The notes: generated from the sequence alone by a model not told the origin. Counted from the first letter of the stretch, positions 20,149 through 31,590 are shown. The stretch: 64,000 nt of DNA from a bacterium (GCA_043800725.1 JAZDMR010000009.1:26662-90661); one strand, 5' to 3'. Numbers and translations are program-made.

Positions 20149-21921
20149 TTACCGACGTAGCAGCTTAATAAAAGCGCTTGCGGGAATGGCCACTCGTCCC
20201 AGGGTTTTCATCCTTTTTTTGCCTTTTTTCTGCTTATCGAGCAGCTTTCTTTTTCTGGTAACGTCACCACCATAGAGCTTGGCAGTTACGTCTTTTCGAA
20301 GAGGGGCAATGCGGCTTGAGGCGATTATTCGTCCGCTTAGTAAGGCCTGAATTTTGATTTCAAACTGCTGCCTGGTCAATACCTCTTTTAGGGTATCCAC
20401 AATCCTTCTGGCTCTTGAATAGACATCTTCTTTATAAACGATACTGGACAATGCTTCAACCGGCTCTTGTGAAATCTGTATATCCAACCTGACCAGATCG
20501 GTTTTTCGATAATTTAACATTTCATAGTTCATAGAAGCATATCCCTGGGATACGCTTTTCAATTTATCATGAAAATCTACAATTAAAGAGGCTAAAGGAA
20601 TCTGATAATGTAAAACAATACGATCAGCATCCAAGTACTCGGTATTTTGATATGTACCCCTTCTCTCGTTTACAGACGTCATGATAGCCCCGACATATCG
20701 GCTAGGAGTAACAATTGTCAATTCCATCCAGGGCTCCTCTAATATTTTCGTTTTCATACTGTTGGGAAATTCCAGGGGACTGGCAAATTCAATAACTGAT
20801 GAATCAATCATCTTGGCTCGATAAGCCACAGTCGGCACGGTAATAATCACTTCTACGTCAAATTCTCTTTTTATTCTTTCCTCAATTACCTCCATATGAA
20901 GCATACCCAAAAAGCCGCACCGAAAACCATGGCCCAAGGCCGGTGAATGCTCTGGTTCAAAATTCAAGGCAGCATCATTAAGCTGTAATTTTTGCAAGCT
21001 TTCTCTGAGCTTGGCAAATTCGTCTCCGTTTTTACTGTAAAGCGAGGCGTAGACCATGGGTTTAATCTTTTTATAGCCAGGCAGTGCCGGTGACGGATTT
21101 TTCAACGAAGTAACCGTGTCACCGACTGGCGTGTCTTTTACATCTCTTATTCCAGTGATAATATACCCGATTTCACCCGCCGATAGCACTTTATCTGCTT
21201 TAGGCTTATCTAGAAAATGACCCAGCTCTAATACCTTGGTTTTCTCTCCGGTAGCTATCAGCTTGACCTCTTGGCCTATGTGAAATTCACCCGTAACTAC
21301 TCTTATGGAATTTATTACTCCTTGGTAATCATCAAACTGGGAATCAAATATCAAAGCCTGGTCAAATGATTTGTCGCCTACTTTGGGCGCTGGAATGTCG
21401 CTAATAATTTTAGCTAATAATTCCGCCACTCCTTTGCCGGTCTTGGCTGATACTTCCAAAATTTCCTGTTCCGCCACTCCGATCAGCTTTGAAATCTCAG
21501 TTTTAACTTTGGCAACCTGTGCAGCGGCCAAATCAATTTTATTGACAACCGGAATGATTATCAGATTCTGTTCTAAGGCTAGATAAAGATTGGCCACAGT
21601 CTGGGCTTCGACTCCCTGGGTAGCATCAACAACCAAAATCACACCCTCAACCGCGGCTAGCGATCGGGATACTTCATAATAAAAGTCCACATGACCGGGC
21701 GTATCGATTAAATTCAGCACGGCATCCTGATAATGCATCTGAATCGGCTTTAATTTTATGGTGATTCCCCTTTCCCTTTCCAGGTCCATGGTGTCCAAAA
21801 ACTGCTCTCTCATCTGACGAGAAGTAATAGTTTTAGTCAATTCCAGCATTCTATCCGCCAGAGTGGATTTACCATGATCAATATGGGCAATAATACTGAA
21901 ATTGCGAATCTTCTCAATCAT
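20149..21921 (-). CDS. lepA: translation elongation factor 4
   Basis: IRNFSIIAHIDHGKSTLADR, GFRCGFLGMLHME, KLYGGDVTRKRKLL. Confidence 0.97.
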   Translation of the reverse strand: MIEKIRNFSIIAHIDHGKSTLADRMLELTKTITSRQMREQFLDTMDLERERGITIKLKPIQMHYQDAVLNLIDTPGHVDFYYEVSRSLAAVEGVILVVDATQGVEAQTVANLYLALEQNLIIIPVVNKIDLAAAQVAKVKTEISKLIGVAEQEILEVSAKTGKGVAELLAKIISDIPAPKVGDKSFDQALIFDSQFDDYQGVINSIRVVTGEFHIGQEVKLIATGEKTKVLELGHFLDKPKADKVLSAGEIGYIITGIRDVKDTPVGDTVTSLKNPSPALPGYKKIKPMVYASLYSKNGDEFAKLRESLQKLQLNDAALNFEPEHSPALGHGFRCGFLGMLHMEVIEERIKREFDVEVIITVPTVAYRAKMIDSSVIEFASPLEFPNSMKTKILEEPWMELTIVTPSRYVGAIMTSVNERRGTYQNTEYLDADRIVLHYQIPLASLIVDFHDKLKSVSQGYASMNYEMLNYRKTDLVRLDIQISQEPVEALSSIVYKEDVYSRARRIVDTLKEVLTRQQFEIKIQALLSGRIIASSRIAPLRKDVTAKLYGGDVTRKRKLLDKQKKGKKRMKTLGRVAIPASAFIKLLRR

Positions 21922-21979
21922 AAAGTATGGAATATTACTAAACCAAGTCCTGTCCCGACGAGGCGCCGGATTGTCCTAG

Positions 21980-22366
21980 TTAGGTAGCTTTACTGGCCCC
22001 CTTGTCAGTCACTGCTCGCAGAGAATAATTATACGCCAGAATAATGCCAACTACTAGAACCAGCTGAATCAGATTCATGTTGATTAGAGAACTAAAAGCA
22101 ACTAACGACAAAATAATTATTGGTAGTTTGTTGAGTTTGAACATTGACCAGATGAGAATTGGATAGACTAAGATCATTATGGCCGCAATTATTATCCAAA
22201 CTGAAAGCATTGACGGATCCTCCAAGGAATCGGTAGATGCAATGAGTATCAGAAATACCACAATGCTGTAGAGAATTATCAGAATGGTCAAGACAAGAGA
22301 GGCCCAGTATAGCACTCCGGCATGGGGCTTTTTCCTCAATCGTTCTTTTTGTTTTTTGTTAGGCAT
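21980..22366 (-). CDS. hypothetical membrane protein
   Basis: 128 aa with 3-4 TM segments. Confidence 0.7.
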   Translation of the reverse strand: MPNKKQKERLRKKPHAGVLYWASLVLTILIILYSIVVFLILIASTDSLEDPSMLSVWIIIAAIMILVYPILIWSMFKLNKLPIIILSLVAFSSLINMNLIQLVLVVGIILAYNYSLRAVTDKGASKAT

Positions 22367-22423
22367 ATTGTGAATTAATTAAGAACTAATATTAACATAA
22401 ACAGTATATCATACCTGGTAGAC

Positions 22424-24046
22424 TTACTGAACTCCATTATTCGAGCCTCCGTTTCCCAGCTGCTTTAATTGATGCCAGATTTTTATCAGCCACTGCCTGA
22501 CTATGGTTACTTCATCAAATCTAAAAACTAAAGCGATAATAATATATACGGCCAAACCGATGCTGCCCGCTACCGAGCCTTGCAAAAAAATGCCGATAAA
22601 GGTTCGATTATTAATTCCCGGCAATATTGCCCGCAAGCTCAACCAGACAGCCAGGCCCATGACAGCTGTAGCAATTACTATTTTTAGGGATGATTTGATA
22701 ATTTTTTGGTCGTCTAAATCTCCGTGCCGGGCCCGCAGCACCCCTATTAACAAAAGCATATTTACAATATTTGATACTGAAAAAGCCGCTGCCAGTCCGA
22801 TAATGCCGTAGATCGGGGCCAGACAAATTGATAACCCAACATTGATTAATAAGCTGACAATGGCAATTTTAACTGGAGTTTTGGTATCTTTGTCTGCATA
22901 AAAAGATCTGGCCAGCATGGGAATTAGACTTTGCGCTACCAACGACAGGGAAAAAAATCCCAATGTCTGGGACGTCAAATAAGTCGCCTCCCAGTCAAAT
23001 TCCCCCACCCCCAAGACAATTCTTACAATATGAGCTCTTAATAACAGTATCAAGACCGCGGCAGGAATAATAAAAAAAAGTATTCTGCGAAACGTCATTG
23101 AGAAATGCTCTACAAACTTTAATCTATTTTGCTCTGAGAATGCTTCGGAGAAAAACGGAAAGGCCGCAACTGCCAAAGAAACTCCAATTAAACCAATGGG
23201 AAAGCTTTGCAGGTTATTGGCCAAATTGAATATGGCTACTGAACCAACCGCCAAAGTAGACCCGATTATAGTAATTACCACATGGTTCAATTGATTTACG
23301 GCTAATCCCAAGGTTCTGGGCAACATCAAAGTTAAAATCTTTCTGACGCCTGGATCTTTGATATCCAGCTGGGTAGTATAGCGATAGCCTGTTTTTAATA
23401 CTGCCGGAATTTGAACAATTAAATGCAAAAAAGCGCCCAAAACCACGCCCCAAGCCAAGCCATTTATCCCCCACCAGTAATAAAACACTCCGATACCGAT
23501 AATAATGCCCAAATTGTAAAATATTGGGGCAACGGCATAGGCGGCAAATCTCTTAAAAGCGTTAAGCAGACCGCTCAACACATTGCTGATACTGAAAAAA
23601 AGTATGGAAAGAAGCATTATTCTGGTCAGCGTGGTAGTCATTTCCAGCTTATCAGCCGGAAATCCAGGAGCTAGCCAGGGCACTATCCAGGGAGTAAAAA
23701 TAATTAAAATAATCGTCAGAACGCCCAAAACAATCATCAGGCCATTCATGACTGAATTAGTAATCCGCCAGGCTACTTCGCGTCCCTGCGGACTATTGTC
23801 TTTTTGCCAATATTCAATAAATATCGGGATGAAGGCCGAGGAAAGGGCGCCCAGAACCAGCACGTTGAAAATCAGATCCGGCAATTTAAAAGCGGTATAA
23901 TAAGCATCTAATACGTCGCCAGCGCCAAACTGGGATGCCAGCATCCGATCTCTGACAAAGCCCAATATTTTGCTGATCATAGATGCGGCCGCGATTAATA
24001 AAGCACCGCCAGCCACGCTAGTCTGAAGTTTTTGCCAGATACTCAT
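22424..24046 (-). CDS. murJ: lipid II flippase MurJ
   Basis: SKILGFVRD, DAYYTAFKLPD, GALSSAFIP; about 14 TM. Confidence 0.95.
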   Translation of the reverse strand: MSIWQKLQTSVAGGALLIAAASMISKILGFVRDRMLASQFGAGDVLDAYYTAFKLPDLIFNVLVLGALSSAFIPIFIEYWQKDNSPQGREVAWRITNSVMNGLMIVLGVLTIILIIFTPWIVPWLAPGFPADKLEMTTTLTRIMLLSILFFSISNVLSGLLNAFKRFAAYAVAPIFYNLGIIIGIGVFYYWWGINGLAWGVVLGAFLHLIVQIPAVLKTGYRYTTQLDIKDPGVRKILTLMLPRTLGLAVNQLNHVVITIIGSTLAVGSVAIFNLANNLQSFPIGLIGVSLAVAAFPFFSEAFSEQNRLKFVEHFSMTFRRILFFIIPAAVLILLLRAHIVRIVLGVGEFDWEATYLTSQTLGFFSLSLVAQSLIPMLARSFYADKDTKTPVKIAIVSLLINVGLSICLAPIYGIIGLAAAFSVSNIVNMLLLIGVLRARHGDLDDQKIIKSSLKIVIATAVMGLAVWLSLRAILPGINNRTFIGIFLQGSVAGSIGLAVYIIIALVFRFDEVTIVRQWLIKIWHQLKQLGNGGSNNGVQ

Positions 24047-24070
24047 TAAGGTTTATTTGTTGGATTGTTA

Positions 24071-26239
24071 TTAATTTTTATTTTCAAATAAAACGCCATA
24101 AGATAAATCCTTTGTCAGGGTGCTGGTGTAATGAACTGATCTGCCAATTCTGATTAGGGTACTGTCCTGGGGCGTTGTCCATTGAGCATCCAGCCATTCG
24201 GGATAATTCAGCTCACTCCGGAAATATCTGTTCTTGGCGCCCGGCTGGACCTGAACATACAAGCTGTACCTGGGCTGTTGCTCGTTTTTAAAATTAAAAG
24301 GCAGCCGGTAAGTCAGAGTGGCTTCCACTTTTTCTCCCGGACTGGTCTCCAGCCAATTGCCGAAAACTGTTTTATTTAATGATCGGCCGATCCTTGTGCC
24401 AGAATATTCATCAATAAGAGTGCTGCCTTCTGATTCATTGATATCCGGATCGATCTGGGCTTCCGACTCGGGATATTTAATCCTAGACTCTCCAATACTA
24501 TTAAACCCTTCGGCGCTAACAAATTCACAGCCTTCCGGCACATAAACGCGCAGATAGCTGACATTTTTCATTTTGGTCCAGGGGTCTTCTTTGTCGCCGA
24601 AGTTTTCGCGAATCAACTTAAGTCTAACTGTCGCTATCCCCTGATCATCAATTTCAACATCATGCTCGATTGTTTGATGAATTATTCCATCAGTTTTGCC
24701 CCCGCCAATATTTGTGTCCACCACCATTAAATAATCTGCTGGCACTGACATCATCTGCCCGCCCCAGCCCAAGTCGATTACCCTTTCTTGAATGCTTTGA
24801 TTATTTGAATAGATTAGTAGGTCTCTATCCGTCAAAGATTGTGTTAAAACAGATCCTGCTTCAATTATTTTCTCGGTGGGCAGGAGAAATATTTCGTTTA
24901 AAACGGCGGTCATCAGCTCGCCGATAATCTGTTTTGGCTTGTTTAGCTCTTTATCGTAGGTGATCTCAACGTTTTCCTGTAAAACATCAGTTAATGACTC
25001 GCTATTAACAGTTATACCGAATTCTGGCAGATGGATGGGTCCGGTCAATTTCAAAAGGTCTTCTATCACCTGGGGCGTAAGAGCGATTATTCCGTCAGCA
25101 ACATAGCCTCTGGACTGCTCATAAAACCAGTTTATCTTTCTGGCTGAGGTAGGCCAGTCAGGCCACCAATTGGCATCCTGCGCTTGCCACTGGTTATTGA
25201 CCAGCCACATTGGCTTCGGAGGAATTAGCTTGGGTAAGTTAGCATGATTTAGGTCCAAAAATCCCCTGCCGGGTACATCCAATATTCTTATTTGACCTGA
25301 CTTAACCGAGGCCAGAGCAAAACTGCCCATAAATCCTCCGGTAGCCCTGAGCTCATTGCTGTTTTGGAAAATTAGCAAATATTGTTTATCTTCCTTACTG
25401 CCAATCAAATCTATCAGGGTTTGAGCGGTCTTTTCAATCTTTTCGTACGACTCCATTAATGCCGGAAGCTGATTTTTTACCGTACTAATTGTATCTTGAT
25501 AATTCTCAGGCACATCTTTTACCTTCACCTTATCAAGTTCCTGAGCAGCCTTCCTGACATGAGGCCCAATTTCTATTAAATTTGTTTCAACAATATCCAA
25601 AGCCAGGCCAATGCTTGTTTTATCGGTAACGTCAAGGCCAATGGTGTTTTGGCTGGTCAACGCCTGGATGCTCTGGCTAAAAAGCTGGCCGGCCATAGAC
25701 ATTTCTTTACCGGCAATAATCAATGCTTCGCCGCTTTTTATCGACGACCCGGTAAACGGGAGATGCTTGGTAATAGTAAAAAGTATTCCATTAATCCCAG
25801 TCAGAATTTCCTCCGCCCTGTCGAATTCTTGCAAAGCGCTGCCAAACGATTGCTGAGCATCGTTAAAATTATACGACACTGCATAATCGCCCGCTTCCTG
25901 AAGATGGGAAAAAGCTTCAGTAGAGGCAGCCAATACTTGTCCTTTTGCCTTAGTTAAATTTTTGATCATCCCAGAAGCAAAAAACGGTGTGCTGATCACC
26001 AGCGAAACCAAAACAAAGGCTGACAAGGCAATCATGACTCGTCTATTAAATACCCTAGAAGTGTTCGATTTCAAATCCTGCCAAAGCAAGCTGATCATTT
26101 CTCCGGGCCCCGGCCCTTGGTCCTCAGTCGCTTGCTTCTTGTTTGTATTAAAATCACTCGGTGCCTGTTTAGGGAGGTTCCTTAAATCCAGGACATTACT
26201 TTCGGGTATCTTGTGTTTATTTGTGGTTTTATTCGACAT
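24071..26239 (-). CDS. DUF4012 domain protein
   Basis: YLLIFQNSNELRATGGFMGSFA and DANW.PDWP.SA motifs. Confidence 0.88.
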   Translation of the reverse strand: MSNKTTNKHKIPESNVLDLRNLPKQAPSDFNTNKKQATEDQGPGPGEMISLLWQDLKSNTSRVFNRRVMIALSAFVLVSLVISTPFFASGMIKNLTKAKGQVLAASTEAFSHLQEAGDYAVSYNFNDAQQSFGSALQEFDRAEEILTGINGILFTITKHLPFTGSSIKSGEALIIAGKEMSMAGQLFSQSIQALTSQNTIGLDVTDKTSIGLALDIVETNLIEIGPHVRKAAQELDKVKVKDVPENYQDTISTVKNQLPALMESYEKIEKTAQTLIDLIGSKEDKQYLLIFQNSNELRATGGFMGSFALASVKSGQIRILDVPGRGFLDLNHANLPKLIPPKPMWLVNNQWQAQDANWWPDWPTSARKINWFYEQSRGYVADGIIALTPQVIEDLLKLTGPIHLPEFGITVNSESLTDVLQENVEITYDKELNKPKQIIGELMTAVLNEIFLLPTEKIIEAGSVLTQSLTDRDLLIYSNNQSIQERVIDLGWGGQMMSVPADYLMVVDTNIGGGKTDGIIHQTIEHDVEIDDQGIATVRLKLIRENFGDKEDPWTKMKNVSYLRVYVPEGCEFVSAEGFNSIGESRIKYPESEAQIDPDINESEGSTLIDEYSGTRIGRSLNKTVFGNWLETSPGEKVEATLTYRLPFNFKNEQQPRYSLYVQVQPGAKNRYFRSELNYPEWLDAQWTTPQDSTLIRIGRSVHYTSTLTKDLSYGVLFENKN

Positions 26240-26339
26240 ATCTTGCTGTAACGTCTCCTAGTATATTATAGCAATTCTTGATAAATTTCCAGCGTTTTCT
26301 AAGATAATACCAGTAATAATTTTCTTGTATTAACCCCCC

Positions 26340-26368
26340 TTGACAGAAATTGTTATACGTGCTATACA
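26340..26368 (+). promoter_or_regulatory. sigma70-type promoter
   Basis: TTGACA-N17-TATACA with extended -10 TG. Confidence 0.7.
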
Positions 26369-26421
26369 AATAGGTTAATTTGTCCTTTTAAACCAAGTGA
26401 TAAAGATTGGGGGGTATAAAA

Positions 26422-26622
26422 ATGGACCTGGGATCTTTTGCTGACGCAGTTGAGAATGCTATAAGCTTTATTTTAAAGTATACTCTTGGCATCTCTTGCT
26501 TTATATTTTCAGTACGTTTGTTGTTGATTGATCAAGGATCCAAAATATCTAATGATGCAAGGTGGGGACTTTTGTTTTTTAGTCTATTTTACATCATATT
26601 AAAGGTTGGCTCCCTAAATTAA
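26422..26622 (+). CDS. small 2-TM hypothetical protein
   Basis: ORF between the promoter at 26340 and the terminator at 26708. Confidence 0.55.
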   Translation: MDLGSFADAVENAISFILKYTLGISCFIFSVRLLLIDQGSKISNDARWGLLFFSLFYIILKVGSLN

Positions 26623-26707
26623 GCTTCTACATCAGGAATGCTTGCCTGTCAGACAACATCGCACTTTAATAGTTGGAATTATTATGCCTCCTACTCCAAA
26701 CAAACCT

Positions 26708-26743
26708 GAGCTCTTAATATTAATACATTAAGAGCTCTTTTTT
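26708..26743 (+). terminator. intrinsic terminator
   Basis: GAGCTCTTAAT...ATTAAGAGCTC followed by a T-tract. Confidence 0.7.
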
Positions 26744-26751
26744 TATTGTAA

Positions 26752-27900
26752 CTAGAGCAGTTCTTGATAAAGTTCCAGTGTTTTTTGGGCTGTTTTGTCC
26801 CATTGATATTTATCAGCTTGTTTGTGTCCTTTATTAATTAATGACTGCCTTAAATCGTCTGAATCCAACACTTTAGACATTTCCTGGGCCATATTATCCG
26901 GGTTATGCGGATCAAAGTAGTGTGCTGCTTCTCCTAATATTTCAGTAAGGCACGAGCTCTTGGCTGAGACAACCGGCACGCCAGCTTGCATGGCTTCCAG
27001 GGCTGGTAAGCCAAACCCTTCCATCAGTGATGGGAAAACATACATCTTGGCATTTTTGTACAGCCAGAGCAGTTCACGGTCATTTACAAATCCCGGGAAA
27101 ATTACCTGGGCTGGCAGACGATCCAGATCAAGCTCTGATGCCAAGCTGCGCACTCTTTTATAAAAGTAATCCATGCGTCCAACTAAAATTAGGGATTCGG
27201 TTCTGCCCCGGTCTTTTAATTTCTTCCAGGCCAGGAGAAGCTTCTCAACATTTTTGTGCGGATAAACATTACCAACATAAAGAACATAGTCCTGGGGCAG
27301 GCCTGCTTTTAAATTAGGGGCTTTGGCATCGTCAAAAGACGGGCTTAAATCACTCCCTTCATAAATGACTGATATTTTTGATAACGGAACTTTCAGTCGT
27401 TGGCTTATTTCCTGGGCAGAGTAATCCGATACAGTGACTATCTTGGCTGATTTTTTAGCTGCGTTTCTCAACACTAGCTGAGAAGCATAATGCTTTATCT
27501 TATATCGAAAAGCACCTAAGGTAGTTGCTCGTTCTGTGGGAAACTCAGTAAGAATCAAATCATGAATCGTGGTAATAAATTTTCTACGATACAGCAAGGG
27601 TACGTTAAAATGGGCAAAGTGCACCAAATCAAGACCGTATTTTAGCAGGTGTGCTAGAAACTTTGTCTGTTCGCTTACGGAATACCATTGATAAGGAGCC
27701 AGCACCTTGGTAAATAGCTTATTTTTTGGCTGGTACTCAAACCAGTTTTCCCTTTTCAAAAAAACAAAGAACCTGAAATCAGAATTCAGCTTTTCTAGGC
27801 TATTAATTAATCTCTCAGTATAGCGGCCTAATCCTTTGCCAATCGGTCCATAGAATCTTGCGTCAATTCCAATGGCCGGCTTAGTCTTGTCGTGAGCCAC
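26752..27900 (-). CDS. GT4 glycosyltransferase
   Basis: IGIDAR, TIHDL, PHKN, FPSLMEGFGLPALEAM. Confidence 0.92.
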   Translation of the reverse strand: MAHDKTKPAIGIDARFYGPIGKGLGRYTERLINSLEKLNSDFRFFVFLKRENWFEYQPKNKLFTKVLAPYQWYSVSEQTKFLAHLLKYGLDLVHFAHFNVPLLYRRKFITTIHDLILTEFPTERATTLGAFRYKIKHYASQLVLRNAAKKSAKIVTVSDYSAQEISQRLKVPLSKISVIYEGSDLSPSFDDAKAPNLKAGLPQDYVLYVGNVYPHKNVEKLLLAWKKLKDRGRTESLILVGRMDYFYKRVRSLASELDLDRLPAQVIFPGFVNDRELLWLYKNAKMYVFPSLMEGFGLPALEAMQAGVPVVSAKSSCLTEILGEAAHYFDPHNPDNMAQEMSKVLDSDDLRQSLINKGHKQADKYQWDKTAQKTLELYQELL

Positions 27901-28504
27901 GTTTTACCCCTTCTATTGCGGCAGCTAAAAACAAACCAATAAAAAATCCAGCAATCAAACCAATTATTCCATATAATACAGAATCAATTCTATTTTCCAC
28001 TACCACAGATTTAGAGGCCTGAGCTTCAAACGACGCTTGATCATCAGTTGTGGTAACCAATTGAGCCACGCGAGTGCTAATATCCTCGGTAATCGCTGCG
28101 GCTAGCTTCCTGGCAACTTCCTCTGATTCTTCGTTAACCTTGACGACAATATTCTGCGATGACAGTTTTCTGGTTGTGAACCTGCGAGTTATGTCATTGA
28201 GTGATTTAATAGCTGGGTCTAAATCCGCTCTCTGGTATATCTCAGTAACCACTGATGGGGTGGCTAACCAGCTAACCACTGTCTGGGATACCAAGTCAGA
28301 TGCTTGGATAGCGTAAAATTCATCATACTGAAATTCAGAAGTTTCCGGATTATTAACCCGCTTTATCGTAATTGAGACCGAAGCATCATAAGTGATTGGC
28401 CTGCTGAACGCATAAAAATACGCTCCCAGGACGGATATAATGACAACTATGATAATTAGCCAGCGATGGCGAAAGAGCGATTTTATGTAGTCATCTAATT
28501 CCAT
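27881..28504 (-). CDS. Wzz/CpsC-like chain-length determinant
   Basis: MELDDYIK.L.R.RW N-terminus, two terminal TM helices, inside the EPS cluster. Confidence 0.8.
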   Translation of the reverse strand: MELDDYIKSLFRHRWLIIIVVIISVLGAYFYAFSRPITYDASVSITIKRVNNPETSEFQYDEFYAIQASDLVSQTVVSWLATPSVVTEIYQRADLDPAIKSLNDITRRFTTRKLSSQNIVVKVNEESEEVARKLAAAITEDISTRVAQLVTTTDDQASFEAQASKSVVVENRIDSVLYGIIGLIAGFFIGLFLAAAIEGVKRGSRQD

Positions 28505-29619
28505 ATTGGTATGTTGTTATGAATCGTATTATGTTTCTCATATTCCTCATTGATAAAAGAAGTTATTTTTTCTTTAAACACATCGGTATCAAACTGCATG
28601 GCATGCTGTCTAATAGATACTGTATCATAATTTTCCGGTTTCCAGCGCACGATTGTATCTGCCAATGTTTCCCAGTTTTGATCATCAAATAACTCGCCTG
28701 TCCGGCCAGGAATTACTGTTTCCAGAGCGCCGCCGGACGCATAGGCAATTACTGGACGGCCTGAAGCCATGGCTTCGATGGCAGTAATGCCGAAATCCTC
28801 CTCTTGGGGATGCAGAAAAGCAACACATTCCCGATACAAGCGCTTCAACTCATCGTTTGAGACCTTTCCTAAAAATTCAATATTCGACTTTGCCAAGCTT
28901 TTCAAATTCTCCAGCTCAGGGCCATCACCAAATATTTTTAAAGGAATTCCGAGCCGATTAAAAGCCATCACTGCCAAATCATATCTTTTATATGCAACCA
29001 GCCGGCCGCCAATCAAATAGAAGTTTTGTATTTTCGGCGATATGGAAAATGTTTTTACGTTTACCGGAGGATAAATAACCGTACTGTCTCTGGAATAATA
29101 TTTCTTTATTCTTGCTTGGATGGCCCTAGAATTTGCCAAAAAAACATCTACCCGATCAGCAGCCAGCCTATCCCAAATTCTGATACGATTAAGTAACACC
29201 GGTACTAATTTTTTTATCAGCCGATTATAGGGCAAATCTTGAACATAGCGATGCGTATCGCTCCATAAATACCTAGTGGGAGAATGGCAATAGCATATGT
29301 GCAGGGTTTCTGGCAGAGTTATCACGCCTTTTGACAGGGCTGAACTGGAAGATAGCACTAAATCATATTCAGTAAGATCGAACTGCTCAATAGCCGTAGG
29401 CATTAGCGGCAGGTATGCTTGGTATTTTTTCACGCCAAACGGCAAATTTTGAATAAACGAAGTTCTGATATCCTTGCCTAAAAACGACCGATTGGCTTTG
29501 AATTTATTGTAAACCAGCGTGTAGGTTGGCGCCTTTGGAAACATTTCCTGAAATGATTGGAGTACTTTCTCGGCTCCCCCATCTTGCGCTAAGTGTTCGT
29601 GAATTAAAGCAACTTTCAT
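28495..29619 (-). CDS. GT4 glycosyltransferase (WbaZ-like)
   Basis: GGAEKVL, CYCHSPTRYLW, EEDFGITAIEAMASG. Confidence 0.92.
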   Translation of the reverse strand: MKVALIHEHLAQDGGAEKVLQSFQEMFPKAPTYTLVYNKFKANRSFLGKDIRTSFIQNLPFGVKKYQAYLPLMPTAIEQFDLTEYDLVLSSSSALSKGVITLPETLHICYCHSPTRYLWSDTHRYVQDLPYNRLIKKLVPVLLNRIRIWDRLAADRVDVFLANSRAIQARIKKYYSRDSTVIYPPVNVKTFSISPKIQNFYLIGGRLVAYKRYDLAVMAFNRLGIPLKIFGDGPELENLKSLAKSNIEFLGKVSNDELKRLYRECVAFLHPQEEDFGITAIEAMASGRPVIAYASGGALETVIPGRTGELFDDQNWETLADTIVRWKPENYDTVSIRQHAMQFDTDVFKEKITSFINEEYEKHNTIHNNIPIWN

Positions 29620-29623
29620 ATCT

Positions 29624-31012
29624 TTAAGTAGCTGAGCGTGTAGAAAAAACTACTGAAACAGTTTTGGCAAATATTCGAATATCTAAGCCCATTGACCAAT
29701 GTTTAATATAGTAAATATCCAATTTTACTTCTTCTTCAAAGCTTAATTCGGATCGTCCTGAAATCTGAGCCATCCCGGTGATGCCCGGTTTGATAGTTAA
29801 TAGTGCTCGATGCGATCGCGTATATTTTGCCACTTCTTCGGGCTCATGAGGTCGCGGCCCCACCAAGCTCATATCTCCCATTAATACGTTCCAGAGCTGC
29901 GGCAACTCGTCAATACTGGTTTTCCTCAACCATTTTCCCGCACGAGTTATCCGCGGATCATTTTTCATTTTAAAAAGAGGGCCGTCATTGCGTTCGTTTT
30001 CCGTCATTAAATTGGATTTCAACTCGTGAGCATTATTGACCATAGATCGAAATTTATACAGGGTAAATTTATTATCCGCCTGTCCAATTCTTCGAAGCTT
30101 AACAAAAATCGTTCCCGGCGAATCAAGCTTAATTATTATTGCCACTACCAGCGTAATTGGAGATATTAATATCAAACCAATTATCGCCCCAAAAATATCA
30201 ATCGTTCTTTTTATTATCTTGCCCCAGCCATCGAGCGGCGTCCTTCTTAGTTCAATTATTGGAATACCGCCGATAGCGTTAATATCCAGACTGGCAGCCT
30301 CGGTATCAAACTGATCTGCTGCGTATTTGAAGGTTATATGATTATCATTGGACAGCTCGATCAGCTCTAGAATACTTTTTTTGTTTAAATGTGAATCCGC
30401 TACAATTATTTCATCTATTTCTTTTTTATGAATTCTATCTTCCAGTCTTGCCTTTACTTCTTGATTTATTTCGGGATATTGCTCAACAATATGAAAACCA
30501 AGTTGCGGATTGTACTTTAAGTAACTGGCAATTTCCTGCGTTGAATTATCCGCCCCAACCAAAGCGAGATTATGAATGCCAATTCCTTTTCGAAACAGCG
30601 AATGTTGAAGCAGTCTGATAAAAATACGGGCTATACTTACAAAGACGATGCTCAAGACCCAACCGGATAGAATAATAAACCGCGAAGAAAATAATTCTCT
30701 CTGAAAAAATATTAATATAATCAGCAACATCACCCCGGTTGAACAGGCTACGAATATTTTTGCAAACTCTTCAGTCATTCTTCTCGTACCCTTTATGGCA
30801 TATAGTCCGCTAATAGCAAAAACGCCAATCCAAACAGCGGCAACCAATGATACAATATTTACATATTCATCAAAAGGCAATTCATAAAGAACCGGCCTTA
30901 ATTCAGCAAAACTCGTGAAACGTAAATAATACGAAGCCAAGCCTGCGGCCACGACCATTATAAAATCTACTGGAACAAGAAGTGCACTAAAAAATAGCTC
31001 TACACGCTTCAT
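29624..31012 (-). CDS. priming polyprenyl-phosphate sugar phosphotransferase (WcaJ/WbaP family)
   Basis: [37 protein letters not shown]. Confidence 0.93.
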   Translation of the reverse strand: MKRVELFFSALLVPVDFIMVVAAGLASYYLRFTSFAELRPVLYELPFDEYVNIVSLVAAVWIGVFAISGLYAIKGTRRMTEEFAKIFVACSTGVMLLIILIFFQRELFSSRFIILSGWVLSIVFVSIARIFIRLLQHSLFRKGIGIHNLALVGADNSTQEIASYLKYNPQLGFHIVEQYPEINQEVKARLEDRIHKKEIDEIIVADSHLNKKSILELIELSNDNHITFKYAADQFDTEAASLDINAIGGIPIIELRRTPLDGWGKIIKRTIDIFGAIIGLILISPITLVVAIIIKLDSPGTIFVKLRRIGQADNKFTLYKFRSMVNNAHELKSNLMTENERNDGPLFKMKNDPRITRAGKWLRKTSIDELPQLWNVLMGDMSLVGPRPHEPEEVAKYTRSHRALLTIKPGITGMAQISGRSELSFEEEVKLDIYYIKHWSMGLDIRIFAKTVSVVFSTRSAT

Positions 31013-31027
31013 AGAATTTGATTATAT

Positions 31028-31510
31028 TGCTGATGCGCATCTATAAGCCGAATTCTGTCCATTCCGATTCCCGAAGCAACTAAGTTCGGGACTTCGAAAT
31101 TGAATGATTATCTATCTAGTCCCGACGTCGCCATCAGGATCAAGCGACCAACCCGTCCCGATCGCACACTTGTGTGGACGCATCGGGACCTACTTGGTCT
31201 TGCACCGGGTAGGGTTTACCCGCCCAAATGGTCACCCATTCAGGCCGTGCGCTCTTACCGCACGATTTCACCTTTTCCCCGCTCCGCGGGGCTTACCCGC
31301 ATCAACGAGGTAGTATGTTTCTGTTGCACTGGCCCTAAAATACTCGTAAAGTCGGCCGATTTTATGTCGTCTTCGCGAGAATCTCGGTTCCATTTCGGAA
31401 CTACCCACTTCCCCACCTTCGCTAAAGCTACGGTGGGGGGTGTTCGGACTTTCCTCCCCGAACACTGTAAAATGCAGTGCTTCGGGGCAATCATTCAATG
31501 CGCATCAGCA
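31028..31510 (-). ncRNA. rnpB: RNase P RNA (about 483 nt, with extra helices)
   Basis: P1 TGCTGATGCGCAT/ATGCGCATCAGCA; GAGGAAAGTCC; AGTGCAACAGAA; GGTAAACCC; ACAGAATTCGGCTTA. Confidence 0.95.
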
Positions 31511-31590
31511 AAGCAAAACATACCCAAAAGTGGCTGACATGTCAAGCTGAAATATATATCAAAAATAGGTTATTTTGTCTGTTTTATGCT

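Noticed and set aside
31100-31537. ORFs overlapping 31.1-31.5 kb
   Set aside because: They lie within the RNase P RNA.
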